A stretch of DNA of 64,000 nucleotides, from NCBI RefSeq assembly GCF_021028975.2, contig NC_059431.1, forward strand, positions 81,344,001 through 81,408,000, written 5' to 3'. The notes under the pieces are model-generated. The model searched no databases. It was not told where the DNA came from and saw nothing but the letters and a program-made list of their open reading frames with translations. Each line of letters begins with the position of its first letter. Position 1 is the stretch's first letter. This document shows, one piece after another, positions 61,026 through 64,000 of the stretch. The stretch comes from Sphaerodactylus townsendi (lineage: Eukaryota). Position numbers and translations under genes: made by a program.

Positions 61026-62243
61026 TGACTCAGTGGCTACTGTACAAATGCAAAGCTACTCAGTCTGCACTTCCCATACCTCCATTTCTGTTTAAAAAGA
61101 AGCCAGTGGGAGATCCAGTTCCCATTTAACATGTTGTTTGACCACAGAATCACAGCATATCAATGGTTGTAGAAACCAAGCACCCATAAACTGTCTCCCA
61201 TTCAGCTGCTGAAGGCCTGTGGTTTCCAATTTGGGCCAGAAATTAATGCGGGACACTGTTAGTTCAGAAAACAAATGAGCTGATATTCAACATTTTTCTC
61301 CTAAAATTTTACATTTCAGGGTCAAGTTAATGACTTTTAACTTCCTATTGATTACAACAAGAGAGTTTTAAGTACATGCCCCACTTTGTCTGGATCATAT
61401 ATTGTATTCATCACAAAAGGACTGCTGCTCACATTTATACAAAGGTTCAATATGCAAATTGGAATATGCAAATTATTGTGTTAGGATATATTTCCAATGT
61501 GCTGAAAAGGTTCCTAGCCATGCATTTAGAGAGTCTCCCTGTGTTCCAAAGAAGGAAGCATTTCTCTAACTCTGTTGAAAGCTGTACATTCATTATATTC
61601 TCAATTTCTTCCTCCAAGTGCCAAGAGCAAAGAATTTCAGAACAATAGCCTTAGCTTTATTTGAGACAGGAGAGGAGACTTCCTGAATCAGTTTTGATGG
61701 TTATTTAGTTCTAATATGTACCTTCCCATCCAAGCTGATAAAACAGCCTGACACCTGCTACTCACATTCTTTTTTGTGAGCAAAATATCATGAATAAAGA
61801 ATAAAAGTGCTGAAATTACTATGAAGTAATTGGGGTTTTGAATGTTTTTTTTAAAAAAGCTGGCTGTTGTGTCTTTTAAAAATCTTCATGTCTTAAAAGG
61901 TTAAAAATGTCATGCTGTAACCAGGGAGAGAGAGATTGTATCAATATTAATAAGCTTGGAGAAGTGCTACCAACCCAAGCTCAGTTTTGACACTGCACAA
62001 TTTGACTAATAAAATCAAGTCTATTTTTTTAATTCCCCCATGGAGTCATTTAAATTGGATTTCCCTAATGACCACATAATGTGCATTTTTCTCATTGAGT
62101 AAATCAAATAAGAATAAAACAACTTTAGAAATGGACAGACTGATGTTCTCCAGTAAGAGAGGTGGCTTTTCCCATTTCCTCCACCCACTCCCATTCACTC
62201 CACCCAGTTCCTTTGGGCACCATGGATACTGCACATTCCCCAT

Positions 62244-62512
62244 CCAGAGTTTTTAAAAAGTAGGTGGGGCCAAGTGGCACTTTTGCCCACTAAGGCTTCT
62301 GATTGACCAGTGGAAACTTAATGGGTTGTGCAGATTGTTAAAAACATTGTTTTACCAGCAGCTGCAACTCCAGTACAATGATCTCTACTTTGTAACTGAA
62401 GGTAAACTGTGGCAGCCATTTTGTGACTGGCTATGCTCCTGCAGCAGCCATTTTGAGCTGAGCTCTCTGGGCTGTGCCAGAATTTCCAAGGTGCCCAGAG
62501 GAAGGGAACCCT
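62244..62512. mobile_element. Degraded hAT-like MITE
   Basis: ggtggggcca..ggcttctgattgaccagtgg..gcagcagccattttg..aaggtgcccag..aagggaaccct resembles a common squamate hAT derivative. Confidence 0.45.
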
Positions 62513-64000
62513 TTTTGCAATAAACTATCAATGAAAAGTCCATGATCTGAAGTCAATTAGATCAAGATGTCTCCTATTGTGGTGGCTCTTGATTAAAAGT
62601 TAAAAGAAACTTGCACCATCCATCAGTATTGCTTGGAATTACCCATTCACTCTGGGATGCTTTTTATTGTTATGAGTCCCACATTAGGCCTAAGACAGCA
62701 TAACATGATGTCTATAACATACAGTCACATCAGGGTACAAGAGCACTTTTAACTTTACAGGGCTTTATAAGTAACAATGGGAAAAAAGGAGGAATGTGGC
62801 TGCAGCATAGAAAATTTGCAGTCACTATTTGATACTGGAAAAGGCAACATGGACAAGAGTAAAGTTATGATGACAAAAACTGGAAGATCAGAATAGGCAA
62901 AGGGAAAACTGTGCCTATGATAGGCTGCTGGAGTGTACATGAGGCTTTTATTGAAGTTTAACAGTTTTTTCACTGAAGAAGGAATAGGGGGGGAAAAGTG
63001 TCTTCTACAGCAATGACTGAATTTCTTTCCCACTAGAAATTAGCAGTGGTTCTGCTCTCAAAAGGAAGCGGGTGGACACATTTTTGTAAAGGTGTCCTTT
63101 TAAGATGTTCTGTGTCATTGGCAAAAACATAGAAAAAGACTGAGGTCAGTGATCTGCGACTTTAGAAATGCTATTTAAAAACCAGATGCAATGTGGTCAT
63201 CCTCAAATGTTTCCCACAGTTCATATCACTGTATTGTCTAGAAAAATTCTGGTGCAAAAGGGCTACAGGACAGCTCTCTTTAAATACCCAACCATAAACA
63301 ATACTGGCTAGCAGTCTAGCTCTTCTCTGTCTTCCAGAGTGATGTACCTGGAGATAAAATTCTTCTTTTAAAGTCCAGAAATGTAAAATGATGATTGAGT
63401 CTCTTGCCTTAACCCAGCCAAAACTTCAGCAAGGCACAACAGTTCTGGTATTTTGATGTCAACAACATTATTAGAGATAATTTCCACAAAATTGATTTTG
63501 TTGCTGTTCCTTGTCCAGATTTGATTGTGCTGTGCCCATAAGAAGAAGATTCAAATTTCCTCCTCTCATGCGCTGTTACTACAAAAAGAATGGTTGGAGG
63601 AAAGAGCTCTTCAACCTACTGCAGAAGACCATGTGGTATGTTTGAATATGCTGGAGCTATAAGCTGGGCCTGCTGAACCCCATCTCATGGAAATCAATTA
63701 GGCCTAAGTTGATCTCTCTCTTCAAAAATGTATATTTGTAGCTAGCACTTATCTAGCTGCTTATTTGATTTTTTTAATTTTTTATTTTTGTATCCCACCT
63801 TTCAGGCTATGTGAGATTTTCACAGAATTATAAGTTGGCTGTGTTATTAATAAACTTCTCTTCTCATTCAATTCTAATCCAGCCCCCTGTGGAGGTACCA
63901 TGTACTATAATTCCATGATCAATGGATACTGATTATTTTGTATGGTGTGTGCTCAACTGTTTGATTTCCCAAATGGAGTTTCATCTCTCCCAGTATGTCC

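Noticed and set aside
1-64000. Prokaryotic-type systems (operons, CRISPR, defence islands) or an intact transposase
   Set aside because: The sequence is vertebrate, CpG-depleted and repeat-rich. The only long ORFs I can assign to a family are LINE fragments.

Overview
Repeat-rich eukaryotic (vertebrate) genomic DNA. The repeat content (Squam3-like CORE-SINEs with (CTT)n tails, Sauria and 5S-derived SINEs, Penelope-type inverted termini, L2/BovB/L1 pieces) points to a squamate, probably a gecko; this is an inference. I recognise no host protein-coding exon, so the window looks like a large intron or gene desert, with one 188-nt assembly gap (46540-46727). All credible coding signal is retroelement-derived: a young, internally deleted L2 LINE (about 27570-30680, minus), two RTE-X-like RT fragments, L1 C-terminal remnants and a probable ancient R2/RLE-clade remnant (about 21400-22300). 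Non-autonomous DNA transposons are abundant: CpG-rich PIF/Harbinger-like MITEs with 3-bp TSDs, and hAT elements with 8-bp TSDs, one nested in a Harbinger MITE and carrying a 1.1-kb palindrome. A solo LTR and a Ngaro-like terminal repeat are also present. The most interesting observations are (1) a back-to-back pair of minimal hammerhead ribozyme motifs in a TSD-flanked Penelope mini-element, (2) an R2-like relic outside rDNA, (3) an L2 with frame-preserving deletions and a retained CpG-rich 5' region, (4) outward-facing 5' splice-site motifs at hairpin bases in unrelated MITE families, and (5) several candidate conserved non-coding enhancers. Family names come from recognising motifs by eye, not from database searches. 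Boundaries without a TSD are approximate.
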